NCBI RefSeq assembly: GCF_001194135.2
Contig: NC_068993.1
Coordinates: forward strand, 1,998,254 to 2,062,253
From: Octopus bimaculoides
Taxonomy: Eukaryota
Direction of reading: 5' to 3'
DNA: 64,000 nucleotides
Shown: in pieces, positions 49,429 through 63,204 of the stretch
Numbering within the stretch: position 1 is the first letter of the stretch
How the letters are laid out: each line of letters begins with the position of its first letter
Made by a program: the position numbers and the translations under genes
Notes under the pieces: model-generated
What the model was told of the DNA's origin: nothing
Seen by the model: the letters and a program-made list of their open reading frames with translations, nothing else
The model's database searches: none

Positions 49429-51612
49429 TTAATTACTACTATACATTATATACACATACATACATATATATATATTATATATACATGCACATATATATAT
49501 GTATATGTTTATATGTGTGTATTAAGCTAAGTGCAGTTTTACTCATACACACAGCGGATTCCCAAAATGCAACAGCTCATCAGAAGCCAATAACATAGCA
49601 GCTCGTATGCGTGAGGAGCAACGGAAAATGAATTGACTTTTCTAACAAGCATTAAAAATATATTAGCATGGTGGCAAGCAATCAGGCCTTTGACCGGTTC
49701 TCTTCGTATTTTTGTGGCATTGAGTAATAGTCTTGTTTTATATTTGGGATCAATGGATCTTACGCAGTAATTAATCTGAATTCAACATCACAGCTTTGCT
49801 TTCATATATTAAGTATGATATATATATATATACATTCGTACTAAAAGTCACATACATACACACACACTCACATACTTACACGCATATAAATGTACATTGT
49901 TACTGTGCTTATCAGAATAGAGAGGACTGGAAGCTAGTTCCAGCTTCAATAATTGATTACATATGAAAGACGAACGAGTATTTTGTGATATAAGATTTGA
50001 ATTCATGGTCATTGCAAGCACAGGTCATTTACTCCGGAAAGAATTGATAACTCTGTCTTGTTGCTGTAGTTGTGGTTGTATCTGCTATTTAGCTCTGAGT
50101 CGTATCTGAAATAGAAGACATTTGCCCAAAGACGTTCTGGTCTTTTCATCTTTAATCACCTTATAGTTCATTTGGAAAGATATCATCCAATTTGTCCCTT
50201 GTTTTATGTCAACACAAATAGTTTTGGCTTGAGGGTGATTTTGCTTCTATTTTTATCAGATCGATCGACATAATAATGAGTGCTAGGGTAAGAAGATTTG
50301 CTGATATTGTAAATATGTACTAATTGCAATTGAAATAGATAGCAATAATGACTACTAGTCACCCTCGAACAAGCCTCTAGTGGTTGCTGAATCTGCTAGA
50401 CAATGCAGGCGAGTCTCCCTCATATTATGCTGCCATTGTTATTTACTACATTCTTGTCATAAGGTTGGAGACCCGATTCTTCCACGGCGATGGATCTGAT
50501 AGTCTTTTGAGGAAATATGTTAATTTGATTTTACTAGACATTTTACGGGTGAAAAAATTCAAGTTTTCATACATCGAATTTACACATATCTATAGTAAAG
50601 TTCATCTTAGAAGATGTCATTGAACCCTCGATTCCCCATTCGAGCGAGACTATTATTCAATCAAAGACGTCTAATCTTAGACTAACTTCGACAAACAAAC
50701 ATCCTAGCACACGTTTTCCTGTCTTTTATGTATTTGGTATTTCAGAAACGAGTTATAAACATTAAAGCATAAATAGTTTTAATATTTTCCATATTAAATT
50801 AAGAGGAAGTGTTGGCCAGTAAATTTAGAGATTTGATGCTGTGAATGAGATTGAATTCCAGAAAATTCGAGAAAGAAGTCCTGACAAAAAATCATAGTGT
50901 TACATCACTGAATAGCCATACTCTCCAGATAAAACAAAAGTTTTATCTTAGTTGAATCTTATTACATATTACTGAGTTATATAAATTGAATTTGATAATA
51001 AACTTTCTAAAATAATCCCATTTATTTCATTCCAGAAATATAACGATAAGTTTCGAAATATATCAAATAATTTTTTAAAAACAAAATTGGAAAATTAAAA
51101 CTGAACAAGATTAGAAAATTATGAGAGTTCTTCAATCTTAGAAAGAACTCTTAAATAATGAATGTTATCGAAGAATGTCAAAACTGAAATCGTAATTCAT
51201 ATTCTCTATTTAACCTTTTCCACAAGTTCCTTTCATAAATTTATCCACACAATATAATAATAACGTTTAACTTCCCCTTCGTTGTCAAGATGTTCTATTT
51301 TGTCGTCCTCGCAAATATTTTTTCCCGCAACTTTCACTGTGAATGAATATTTGCCATAACTGTTATCTGATTCAATTTTTTGTTTTAACTATTATGTCAT
51401 AAAATAGTAAGTACCAAATTCTCCAATTAAAGAAAATCTCCATTGTCTCTTGATCTACCAGATGCAACTTGGATGCTGTCCCTTTGAAACAGATTCAGAC
51501 ACAAATCATACGATTTCATATCCACTTTCTAATCGTCAGTGCAGGCATAATCAGAACACATAAAAATGAACAAAATTCAACATATCAGACGAACACCAAA
51601 TGTATCCAGCAT

Positions 51613-51654
<42 letters not shown>

Positions 51655-53117
51655 ATATATTGACGCTGTATTTTCCACAACATACACGCTGAAGTTTTTG
51701 TTGTTATTATAAATATTAGTGTAGAAGTCGCAAGCGTTATTGATGTTTCAATGTTATGGTATCATTAATAATGATTATGTTTATTTGAAAACTATATTAA
51801 TGAGAATTATGATACTCTAGTTTCCGTTATTGTACAACATAAGGACTGTTATATTATGTATTACATGAACTGATAATTTTTAACAATATAGAATCTTTAT
51901 TGTAAGCAAAAATTCGTTTCTCTTTGAAGAGCAGAAACTGATCTAATTTCTAATTCAGTACTCTGGGAATTGTTTCGATAAATAAATTAAATATTTTAGG
52001 CGTTCGGTACACTGAAATAAACATGTTTAACTAAATAACACAACGTAGTATTCTGGTGTATTATTTAAGATGTCCACTGAGGTTTTAACAAATTCTAATG
52101 TTCAGAAAATGTTATTTGAGAAGTTTACAATGTTGCCAAATCACCAATTAAGCTATTCTGTCAATTGGATTATTTCTGTGTTCAGTCAGAAAATGTAACC
52201 GGCTTGATACATTGCTTCTTCCATTGGTGAATATAAAACAGCTACAGTTAAAGTCTTATGAATTTTCTAGGGAAATGGACTGCACTTAGTTTTGTTAATT
52301 TAATTATTTGGCTTTTATGAACTTCTCTCTAGTTTTCTTCCTCAGAATCAAGCACAAATTTGTTAGACATGTATGGTTTCATAATGGAGTGACCATTTAG
52401 AGCGTACATAACCCTGCACTGTTAAGGTTGTTGGCAGTCTATTTACTTCTTAAGATGACATAGCCAAACAACATTTAGATATACCTGTGACGGTATTTTT
52501 ATTATTATTATCCAGTGTCAAAATGCTTATACACCAGATGGTACTCCATTTGTCTTTACAAACAGAAAACTATAGAGTCTCATAGGATGAGTACGGGGCA
52601 GAAAATGAGGATATGAAACCATCTAAGTTCATCAAAAAATTGCATTTGTAAATGCAAAACATGGGAAAGAGTTTTGTATTTTACACCTTCACAACAAATG
52701 ATTATGGAGTCAATGTGACACGAAGGTGGATTTAATGATTCTTTTCTAAACCAAAAGAACTAAGAAATTATACAACAAAATCTATTGTTTGAGATATCTT
52801 AATATATAAAATATTTTATATTTATTCAAAGACGATGTCAAATAATAGAAACAAAGTTTTGACAAGTTGACAGTTAGCCAAGTCAACCATCAGTATTTGG
52901 CGGGAGAAGGGGATCTGTGTGACATTCTGATACGAATCTAAATTGAAAATGAAAAAAAAAATGAAAACAAGAGCGGTGTCAGGACTGAAGAGAATGTCAA
53001 TCANNNNNNNNNNNNNNNNNNNNNNNNNNNNNNNNNNNNNNNNNNNNNNNNNNNNNNNNNNNNNNNNNNNNNNNNNNNNNNNNNNNNNNNNNNNNNNNNN
53101 NNNNNNNNNNNNNNNNN

Positions 53118-53162
<45 letters not shown>

Positions 53163-54249
53163 ATATGGTGATTGACAATTCACGGTTTAATTGTCGAAGC
53201 TTAACTCTCTAAGGATTATTCCATGTATCAGATTCTACGTTGATCTCGACGACGATTATTCCGCTCGTGTAGCAGTTGAGTATTTCACAGACATATATTT
53301 CAGAGACAGTCAATCTGACGCCTTGCCACAATGTTACACCTTTAAATTTCATGAACTATCTAGAGGGAAAGAAAGAGAAAGAAAGAAAGATCAATCTCAG
53401 GACACGACTTGGCCGGACTTTTACGTATTTAACCAGCTTTAAAAGCATTAAAAGTAAAACAGATTGCGAGGGTGGTAATATTAACCCAGAGAGCAGACGA
53501 CCGGTACAAATAAAGTAAATCACTTTAACGACTCCATTAATCCACCGTCTTATTTGTGTAAATACTTCTCATTACTTTAAAATGCAGGAGCTCTCTATAA
53601 TAAACATTGGTTTTGATAGATTGTTGTGCGCACATTAAATATCGCTACCCTCCTAAATGATCCGAGTCCACATTTTCCGTGGCTCTGTACTGAAAATGTA
53701 TGAAGCCAAAGATCCGTCTCCAATCATTTTCATTCTTTGCCGCAATACCTAATTTATGGATATGTTGATATGAAACATTATACCTCTAATTAAACTTGCT
53801 AAGTGTAAGTGAAAACGTAGTTGTCTTTACTTTCAACAAAGAAACAAAGAACCACCTTCACCTCAACAGTCAGTGTTTATAAACCTTGATTAAAAAATCT
53901 CATTTGATTTTGTCTCGACACTGCTTTTGTTTAATGTTCTTAGCTTCATAGATATGTAATAATATTAAATTGTTAATACCCTTTCATCAGTGGCGAACAT
54001 CAACATATTTCATTATAGACGTCTATTATAGTATTTAGCGTCCACATCTATCAGTTTATTATGAAATGCCTCTACAATTAACAATGTATTTCCTAAGGTA
54101 ATTTAATACTAATAACTGAAGTGTCGATAGTTAAGTATCTGTAATATATTGGCGCCAATACTATCAGTTTTATCACCACTCTACAACAGTAAGGTTTATA
54201 ATAAAATGAATTACTATTCATCCGTCTATCCATTTCTTCCATCCTGTAT

Positions 54250-54458
54250 TTCATGGAGGTTTCGTGAGGCTTGAGTTCTCAGGCTCCCATCAGAAGCAAC
54301 CGTCATTATACTTGCTTATTGATTCCAAAGCGCGACCGACTGAAAGACTCCGCATGTTACCAAACCATTTCATGTTTTGTCTACTCCTAGGCCTTCTGCC
54401 AGTTGGCTCGGATTGAAGAATACGGCTTGTGATCCTTTCCTGGGACCTTCCCATACAC
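54250..54458 (-). mobile_element. RTE-clade LINE 3' fragment
   Basis: MGRSQERITSRILQSEPTGRRPRSRQNMKWFGNMRSLS matches the RTE C-terminal R.P..R....IL...P.GRRPRGRP..RW motif. Confidence 0.72.
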
Positions 54459-55036
54459 ATTATTTATACAATATTTTCTGCATTTATTCGAAAAATATTT
54501 TCTAAATTTCAAACAAGATTGCATATAGGCTGTCGTTCTCTGTTCAGTGGTGGACGAAGCCGAAAAGATTGAGGAAGAACACCCTCCTCTTCAATCAAAG
54601 CCTCACAGACATTTAAGTTCCACTTGGAAAAGAAAGTGAAGGTGAAGTGCGAAGTGCTATGTCTCTCTTTCGCCCAGTGAATTTGTCAAAAGTTGGGTGA
54701 TGTAGCATGAAAGTTTTAGGTGAATGGACCTGTTCTGAGCATGCGCTTTTCGATTGGAGAACAACTTTTGGGTGAGTACTCGTGCTTTGATGGTTAGGGT
54801 AATCCTGAATCTTTGGGGTTCTTTGAATGGCGCTACTTAGACTTCGTTCTGTATCAGGAGGACGGCAGCATTTGATATCTCCACATGCTTTATATACTAT
54901 GCATAGTCACTCTTTTGACGCGTTACCGTCTTTCCCGTTTCTTCTTCGTACAACTTTTATGTAAACCCCAACACAAATTATTGACTGTCCTTGTGATGCC
55001 AACCAGCATCATCCCACCCCCTGTGGCAAATGAAAC

Positions 55037-55039
<3 letters not shown>

Positions 55040-55088
<49 letters not shown>

Positions 55089-55184
55089 TATCATCATCAT
55101 CATCAACATCATCATCACTAAATCTACCAGCATCACCGACACCAGCACCAGAAGCAACAGCACCACCACAATCAGCAGCAGCAG

Positions 55185-55234
<50 letters not shown>

Positions 55235-55262
55235 TCACTGCCTCTGCTGCTGCCGCTGCAGC
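55040..55262. repeat. Compound (CAT)n/(CAG)n/(CTA)n microsatellite
   Basis: Seen directly. Confidence 0.93.
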
Positions 55263-55481
55263 TATAATTATTATCCAACTATGTCTTTATACATGCGTTA
55301 CGAAATCTAATTTATATGGCAAGCCAAGTGACAAAAAAATAACAACAACAACAACCAAATAATGGTATAAGTGTCTGACAAATAGATTCGCTGTTTTGGA
55401 AAATGGGTCAATAAAGAAAAGATGGGATTCCTTTTCTGACGTTGAACAATCTAAATAAACCCCTGCAATATATAACATGAC

Positions 55482-55722
55482 TATATATATATATATATAT
55501 ATATATAACAGATCCATACATAGTACAATTATATATGTATGTATATATGTATGTATATATATGTATATATATATATATGCATATATATATATAAACATAT
55601 ATATATATATATATATACATATATATATTTATATGTTATATATGTGCGTATATGTGTATATATACATGTATACATATATATGCATATGCATAAATACAAA
55701 CATAAATGCGTATGCATGTGTG

Positions 55723-55753
<31 letters not shown>

Positions 55754-55775
55754 GTGCGCGCATATGTATTTATAT
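55482..55775. repeat. Degenerate (TA)n/(TATG)n block
   Basis: Seen directly. Confidence 0.93.
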
Positions 55776-56107
55776 GCCTTAAATGCATGCATCATTCTTT
55801 TCCTACCGAATTCTCCCAATGGCATTAAGCTTTACTCTGAAATATTGCCTTCCAATTTGAAATACGCCATGCGCATCATTGACTCACATAATACATTGTC
55901 GAACCTTCCCCAGGCTTCTTTCTCAACTTGCCTGATAAACGCGCCATCTATCAAGCAATATCTGAAACAAAGTTAGATTCTGCATTCTGACTTTCTAAAA
56001 TATGTTATCCCACAGCTATTATGGTTTATTACCAAACAGTCCACTTAATAATTATCGCTTGAAATAGTGTGCCAAATGCTATTACAAATGTAATGAGATT
56101 ATTATGA

Positions 56108-56266
56108 TTTTGGCACAAGGCCAGCACTTTCGGGGTAAGTCTGTTACATCGGCCTCAGTACTTATCTGGTATTTATTTTATTCGAGCCCGAAAGGATGAA
56201 TGTCAAAGTCGACCTCAACGACGGAAATTGAACAGAGATCGTAAATATGGACGAAATGCGGCTAAG
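56108..56266 (-). mobile_element. tRNA-derived SINE
   Basis: ttttggcacaaggccagcactttcggggtaagtc..cccgaaaggatgaatgtcaaagtcgacctc..gaaattgaacagagatcgtaaatatggacgaaatgcggctaag. Confidence 0.8.
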
Positions 56267-56398
56267 AGAAGGAAATAGTAAAGAGGAATTTTCCAAGGGG
56301 ACAACCTATCTGCCCTTCTATTTATCATCAGCATGATATCTGGAACAAGTAAAGATGTGCGTAGGGTACACTCTAGGCAATGTGAAAATAACATGTTG

Positions 56399-56442
<44 letters not shown>

Positions 56443-56984
56443 AATAAATTGAACCTCTGTAAATTACGTACTTTTTAACAAATATTTTGTCTCCGTTGTA
56501 ATGATTCGTGTAACGCCTATAACTACAATAACCAGAACGAAGTAGTTCTCTTGCCTTGTATTATTATTGGATTGACATTTCAGGTGATTTACCTGATAAG
56601 AAATTTGTCCAGCACTTGGTGGTACTTTATCGATCTTCAGAAGTGTGGATCGCAAAGACGACTTTGAGGAGATTAGAACTCAGAAGATAAGTTACTGTCC
56701 TGAAATACGGCCATACTTGTCGGTTTATTTGTTGTTTTTTTTTTGTTGATCGGGAAGACTAGACTTGTTTGTGTCTTTAAGGGTATCTGCCATTCGATGT
56801 ATCTGTCCCTTTACAAGTAATAGGTGTAATTTGAAGGAGATTTGGCTGTTATGCGTTGTTGCTCAAGCGACCATAAATTATCATGATTGACGGTGTTGTA
56901 GTTTTTCTAATAATTGTATCGAATTTAGGGCACATTAGTCACAATGTTTAAGGAAATTTGAAATTACACGAGCAAAATTACATG

Positions 56985-57235
56985 CTACTTTATTTCATCG
57001 CATCTAGAGGAATGAAATGCAAAGTTAGCCCTCGACGTGATTGAACTCAGAACATAAAGTGTCGGAAGAAATGACGCCAGGGACTTCACCAGACGCTCGA
57101 ACGATTTTGCCAATCCATCGACTTCTTTAATAAGTTCTCTTGTATAGGCACAAGAAGCAAAAGTTTTGGCGGGCAGGAAAGTAGTTGATTACATCGACCC
57201 AAGTGCTCAGTTGATACTTATTTTATCGACCCCAA
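56985..57235 (-). mobile_element. Two adjacent diverged SINE copies
   Basis: aatgaaatgcaaagttagccctcgacgtgattgaactcagaacataaag (head), then taggcacaag..gattacatcgacccaagtgctcagttgatacttattttatcgacccc (3' part of the next copy). Confidence 0.72.
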
Positions 57236-57746
57236 GCAGACTTCATTAATAATACAAAACAAAATGTCTCTAGTTAGATGTTGATTCACTAACTAGTTTC
57301 GATTACCGACTGAAATTAATATTTTCACTTAAAAAAAAAATTCCACATGTTTAATAGAAGTAGAAAGGCATGCACATCATATAAACAGTTTTTTTTCTCT
57401 AAAAGTCAGGCTGCTTTAGCAAAACACTAATAAACCAGTTATTTTAGAAAAATTAAAGATGCTAATTTTCGTCAACTTTTGAACAGCAAATATGTTTCAT
57501 TAATTCCACTGCTAATTAAAATAATCATTAGTGATCACTTGTCATTGAGTAGGACTAAATTTAATGAAACTTTCATTACTTTTATGTTGTTTTATCACTC
57601 TCACTTTTTCCTATTCCCATATTTCTGTCCAAAATCTTTTAGATCCAGATTATTTTTATGGTTTGCACAGAATTTATCCTTTGCTTTGCACAACTCATAA
57701 AAATGTTAGACATTTCCGTTTTTATTATTGCTGTTATTACTATAGC

Positions 57747-57796
<50 letters not shown>

Positions 57797-59814
57797 GAAT
57801 TGTTAGTATTTACTTGTGTATATATGTGTCTTCTGTTTGTTTTGTCTTGTTTTATTTCTAGTATGACCCCTGCCCAGTTGCAGATGAATAATTGGAATGG
57901 TGGGTGGCAGTTAAAATTTCCTCGCTAAAGCATTGGTTAGCAGCAGGAAATTTAGGTTAAAATGATTGATACAGAAAAGGTGTCAAAGAGTAAAAGAGTT
58001 TTGATCTCCAGAATTTTGTTGCAGGAAGTTGTTAGTAAAGATAAAAAAAAGTACTATCTCATAAAAAATCAACAAAAATAAAAACAAGTTTTCGAAAAAT
58101 GTTGTTGCAATGACAAGGCAAACAAATAAATGGGAACTAAATTCTATGGTAGTAGTAGTAGTAGTAGTAGTTGTAGCCATGAAGAGAAAGATGTGGAGAG
58201 GGAAAAATAGGCAGAAAAGATGAAAATTCTAATTCTCATTTCTTCTATTTATTTCCTCTTAAATTTATTATTTTCTGTAAATGGTCAGATTGGAAGAAAA
58301 AAAAAGGCCAAAGTTTGTTTAGTGAAAGGAATTAAAATCATGCATGACCTAGACTACGTAAAAGAAAACTCTACAGAAAATTATCAAAGAAAAAATCCAG
58401 TAAATAAAAAAAAAAAGGAAATAACAACACCAATATATATTGATCATAGATTTCGTTATGGCAGGGTTGGTAGTTAAAGAAATTAATGAATGGTCATTTG
58501 GATTTTGATTTGAATGGATGTAGAAAGAAGAGTTTCTAAACAGACTGCAGCCGAGTGCTAAAACATGGTCTTTTTCAAAGATTAATGGGTCGTGTTAATG
58601 AAATATCTTTCATGCAGTTTTATTGTCATTTCCAACTGTTAAACTTCTAGTCAGGTTTTAAGTGTTTTACCTTCTAGCCAAAACAGATGTGTAATTTATT
58701 GATGGAGTGTTCGATTTTTTACCACTTGTTGCTTTAAAAGTATGTGGTTTTCATTTATAAACACCATCGCTCCATCGCAGTCAACCAATTTTAGTAAACG
58801 CTCTTTTTCACTTTGTAAATCAAATATTCTTCATGCTGTGCGAACCACCAGAATATGACTCCGTTCTTCGCCACATTATTTAATAATAGCATTGGTAATG
58901 GATACTCGCGGAAGAAGTTATTTCCAGAATTATTAAGCTTTTAAAGGGATTAGTCTCACCATCACTTTTACACCATCTTTCACATAATATATAGTCACTG
59001 ATTGTCACTTAGTGTGTCAAGTCACTCGTTAATTTAACCTTTAATGCCAGTCTCTGATAAACATTTGTAATGTCTATTGTCACACTTTTAAAGGAAACGA
59101 TTCACTTTTTTAGCGAAGTTGATCCTGCGTTTTGAATAAAATGAATGGAACTTACCTTTGAAAAGATAATTACCGAAAGTGGAAAACGTCAAAAACCATT
59201 TTATTTGTCAATACGAAACCTCTCCATACACTACTCTGTGAGAGGGGTTACGTAGTTTCAACGATTAATCGGCTAAAAATAACAGCTAAGTCTCTCTGGT
59301 ACCTTAGTCCAACCGGCATTAAAAATAATATATAGGACCCATTGTAAATTTTAATCTTAAGCTGTTTCAATTAAAACGGAATGACTAGGGCTAGAGCGCT
59401 TGTTTCTCACTGCTAACCTGTGCTTAAATAACGACATAACAAGCACAGCTGAATACATATTCACACGCGGATAGGTGAGAACTACTCGACAGTTATGTTC
59501 CAGTCACTTTGTATGTTACTCAGCATGTCATTTACGCTAACGTGTCCATGAAGTTCACCAGCAGCTACTGTATCATTATAATTCTCCTGTGCACAATATA
59601 TATCAGGTATTCTCCCCACAAAGCAGTAAATAGACAGTCAACAGCCAATCACCGAACCACGCTAAAGTAACAAGCCCGTTAAACTTGTCTACTACCATCA
59701 ACTTAAGGAATCGGACACCATCGCTATTCTTACAAACTTACATCCTCACTGAAATTTAGCATATTTGAATGAATGACGTTCGTATCTCTCTGTAATCTCA
59801 TTTAATGCGTTTTA

Positions 59815-59839
59815 ATAGGCTAGGCTGATCAATGCCTTG

Positions 59840-59884
<45 letters not shown>

Positions 59885-59894
59885 NNNNNNNNNN

Positions 59895-59927
<33 letters not shown>

Positions 59928-60158
59928 GGCAGCCCATCACACACACACACACGTTTGTGTTTGGCTCCCTATCGCATCACATCCGGTATTAGTTTGTTTA
60001 CATACCCGTTACTTCGGGGGTTCAGCTCAGTAAGCACAGAGAATATGTACCAAACTTAAATTAAGTAACGGGGTCAATTGGTTCGACTGAAACTTCAAAG
60101 TATTGACTCAGCATGGCCACAGTTCAATGACCAGAACAATTAAAAGGCCGAAAGATAA
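59815..60158 (+). mobile_element. SINE with internal (TA)n/(CA)n microsatellite and a gap
   Basis: 5' remnant ataggctaggctgatcaatgccttg, TA tract with gap, then tttgtgtttggctccctatcgcatcacatccgg..ggggtcaattggttcgactgaaac..cagcatggccacagttcaatgac, paralleling 2303-2510. Confidence 0.68.
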
Positions 60159-60602
60159 GCTCTCTAGTTATATAAATCACTGCAACAAATCTAGAATCAG
60201 ATTTGAAACCACTGCGTAGAGGAAAAGTGTGTAACATTTTAACTACTCAGCCACTGCGGTTTCCTTTTATTTGACGACTAAAAACCAGATATATGTAATT
60301 GATAAATCATTTCCTACCTGCAATGTAAATATCAACACATTAACAAGAGAGATACTAACACCGCATTGTGTTCCTAATGCTTAAACACATCCTCTAGCAA
60401 ACGACATGAGCAAACATAAAGATTAATATCTTTTGCGAATATTCTCTGCAAATTTTTGCGAACAACCAAAGTTGAATGGCAAAAACAACATTAATGCTTT
60501 ATTTGGCGTTTGTAAATTCTTGAAATTAGATGTGAAAAATGCAATCACAACAACAACAACTGTATCAATTTCAACAACAAATATAATAGGATTAAAATAG
60601 TG

Positions 60603-60658
<56 letters not shown>

Positions 60659-60695
60659 CATTATTATTATTATTATTGTTGTTGTTATTATTATT
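60603..60695. repeat. (ATT)n microsatellite
   Basis: Seen directly. Confidence 0.95.
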
Positions 60696-60789
60696 AACAA
60701 TAAGAACAACAATATTGAGGAGAAGAATAAAAATAATAGTAATAATAACAAGACAGCCTAAGATAATGTAAATTACATGCATATGTATT

Positions 60790-60822
<33 letters not shown>

Positions 60823-63160
60823 TTGTGTGCGTATAAAACATGGTAATACCTGCAACAATAACAATAATATATGCAATAACGGTAATATAAACAACAAAAT
60901 GTGATATTAACAATAATAAGTTGGCCGTATGAATTGTAATATTGTCAAGAATGAGAAGAATGGCTGTATGCTGAATAAAGTAGCGATTATTGCCTTTGAT
61001 GCAACATCTTTAGTTCTGTGAAGTCTAATTCCAGCCATTATTGCAACAAAACATTAACCCATTATTCTATATCAGTATTGCTATTCATTCTGTTTTCGCT
61101 GTTCCAAGAAAATAAAACTCAACAAAATATAATATAAAGAGATATTTAAATTTTAAAGGCTTTTTTTTTTAATTTGCTGTTACAGTTGAATTCTTTACTT
61201 GAAGATTCGGTAGCTGATACAAAATATTATATTCAAGTGTTATCATTAAAATATCAACTAATTCTTCTCCAAGAATTAATGGAATCTTCGCATGTTCTTC
61301 AAGACTATTTCGTTTTTCGCTTTATTGGTTTTGCTTTACTTTCCTATTGTGCATTGATTTATTTGGAATTGGCAGCGGGCCTTATATCTATACCTTTTCC
61401 CAAAGGAATTACTGGAATTCAAATCAAATTACACAGGTTTTTTTTTTTACATGATACAGAGATCCACGTGATTTATATTCCTGTAATATCAAGAAAAGAA
61501 ATGACCAAATACTATATTCCAAGATTCTAGTCGACCACTTTCATTTAATATTAGCAACATTTATGGTTATGTAAGTTAAGCAGTTAACGTCTTACAAAGT
61601 TGATTCCTGGACGTAGTATTCCACTACGCACAACTTTAAGAGTACATGTTGTACAACACCCTTGGTTTGGTAGTAAAATTCCATAGTCAGAATCTGGAAG
61701 GAAGGCCAGAGAACTAAGTTTTCTTGTTGCTTAGTTAACTTGATGCAACAATCGTTTTAATTCTACCATTTAACTTTTTCAGAAATTTAGTGAGCTTTAC
61801 TCCATTGCAAGCATTCAGTCAATGTTTCTGGTCTAACCATGATTGCCTTCCCCGCCTACTTCTTCTATTGCGTGCCGAGACACCATAAGAATATTCATCG
61901 ACACTTCTCTTCCTCCTCTGAAATATAAAACAAACACGCTGCAGTGTATCAATAATTAAAATGGTTCACATTTGCCCAATTTCGTAGATTTATCCACACC
62001 GGTATGTCGAACAGTAAAACTGATCTTGCCAACAATTGATCAGAGAATGTGAATAACAGGAAGGATTGTCTCGATATGCATTATATGTTGCTTCGTTAAG
62101 AAGATGTAAAGTAGGAGATATAATCGTGGGTGTCGTTGTTGTTTAGGCCCATCTCATTCCTGTTCGAGGAAACCCTGTAGTCAAAAGCTTTCCATCATTG
62201 ACCATCCTGTGTTTCGAGTGATATGTGTAGGACTACATAATTCAATAGGTACATTCTCTAGTAAATGAAGGTCCCATTTAAGAATACCTAGCTGCTATTT
62301 CTTGCTATTTAAATGTCCAGACTGTAGTACTAACTATATCACCAGGGTGATAAAGTCGTTCACTGCCGCTTGCAAAGAAGGAGAGCGGAATATCACATCA
62401 TACGCGTCCTATGTGGAAAAAATGTCTTTTCACCCCAGTTTCCAACATACTCAGTTCCTCGTCTGCCGCGTACCTCTGTCAAACATTACAGGAAAGAGCC
62501 TGGTCAGAAAAAATAGCTAATTCTAAAGTTGTGACTAACAATTTTTTTACAGACACTCATTTTCTATCTGTGGGGCTCAGGTGAGACATTATTCAACAGA
62601 GAATGCAAAATTTTGTTTATTTCAATAAAATTAGAAAAGAAATAAGAGAAACGAACTATATTTTGGAAACTTTCATTATATCTCAAATAGCTTGTTCTCC
62701 TAGAAACAGAACAGAAAAAAAGAAACCAGTATTATCATTATTTAAATCACCGAAATAATTTGTTTTATTCGTGTTATTTTATTTCTATTGAAATATTGAT
62801 ATCTTGTCTACAACCTGAAAAATGGCTTAAAATAATCAATATTATCGTTGTTTTACTATATTGTTGTAGTTGTTGTTATTGTAATCTAACTTGGTTCTCT
62901 CTATTTTCTTGACCTCCGTGAACTTCTTTATCAGGTAAATAAGTACTAAATATTTATAGGCACTATCATAGCTATTTTGTATTCTGTTTTAGTAATTGTA
63001 AAGCGCCTACGTCTGAATGTAGGCACAAGGGCTATTTCGGTAAAAAAAAAAATATCGCTGATTTAATGGTCTCTACGAAATTAAAGGGAATTTACTAATC
63101 CAACTGACTGACTGACTAACTAGCTACCAAACTGTATGCATCGAGAACTAAGCATGTACA

Positions 63161-63204
<44 letters not shown>

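Noticed and set aside
49980-50110. FCDIRF as the next BTB exon after 6262-6327
   Set aside because: No pyrimidine-tract acceptor, and the continuation lacks the BTB F.AH(R/K)xVL motif.
53191-53442. ORF with LPQCYTF resembling mucolipin (IPDCYTF), or FYVD resembling a TGF-beta mature domain
   Set aside because: Only a few residues match, no usable splice donor follows, and the downstream conserved motifs are absent.
56589-56640. 42-nt minus-strand exon IDKVPPSAGQISYQ
   Set aside because: Weak AAG acceptor, and the sequence resembles the SINE core (gataaagtacc..gtgctgg).
58640-58800. hAT transposase remnant (VDCDGAMVF..LHQ)
   Set aside because: Similarity to TDGAxAM..HCxxHQ is too weak to support a call.
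61400-61500. Minus-strand LILQEYKSRGSLYHV resembling kinase subdomain V
   Set aside because: Runs into a poly-A tract and a stop, no credible donor, and no other kinase subdomains nearby.
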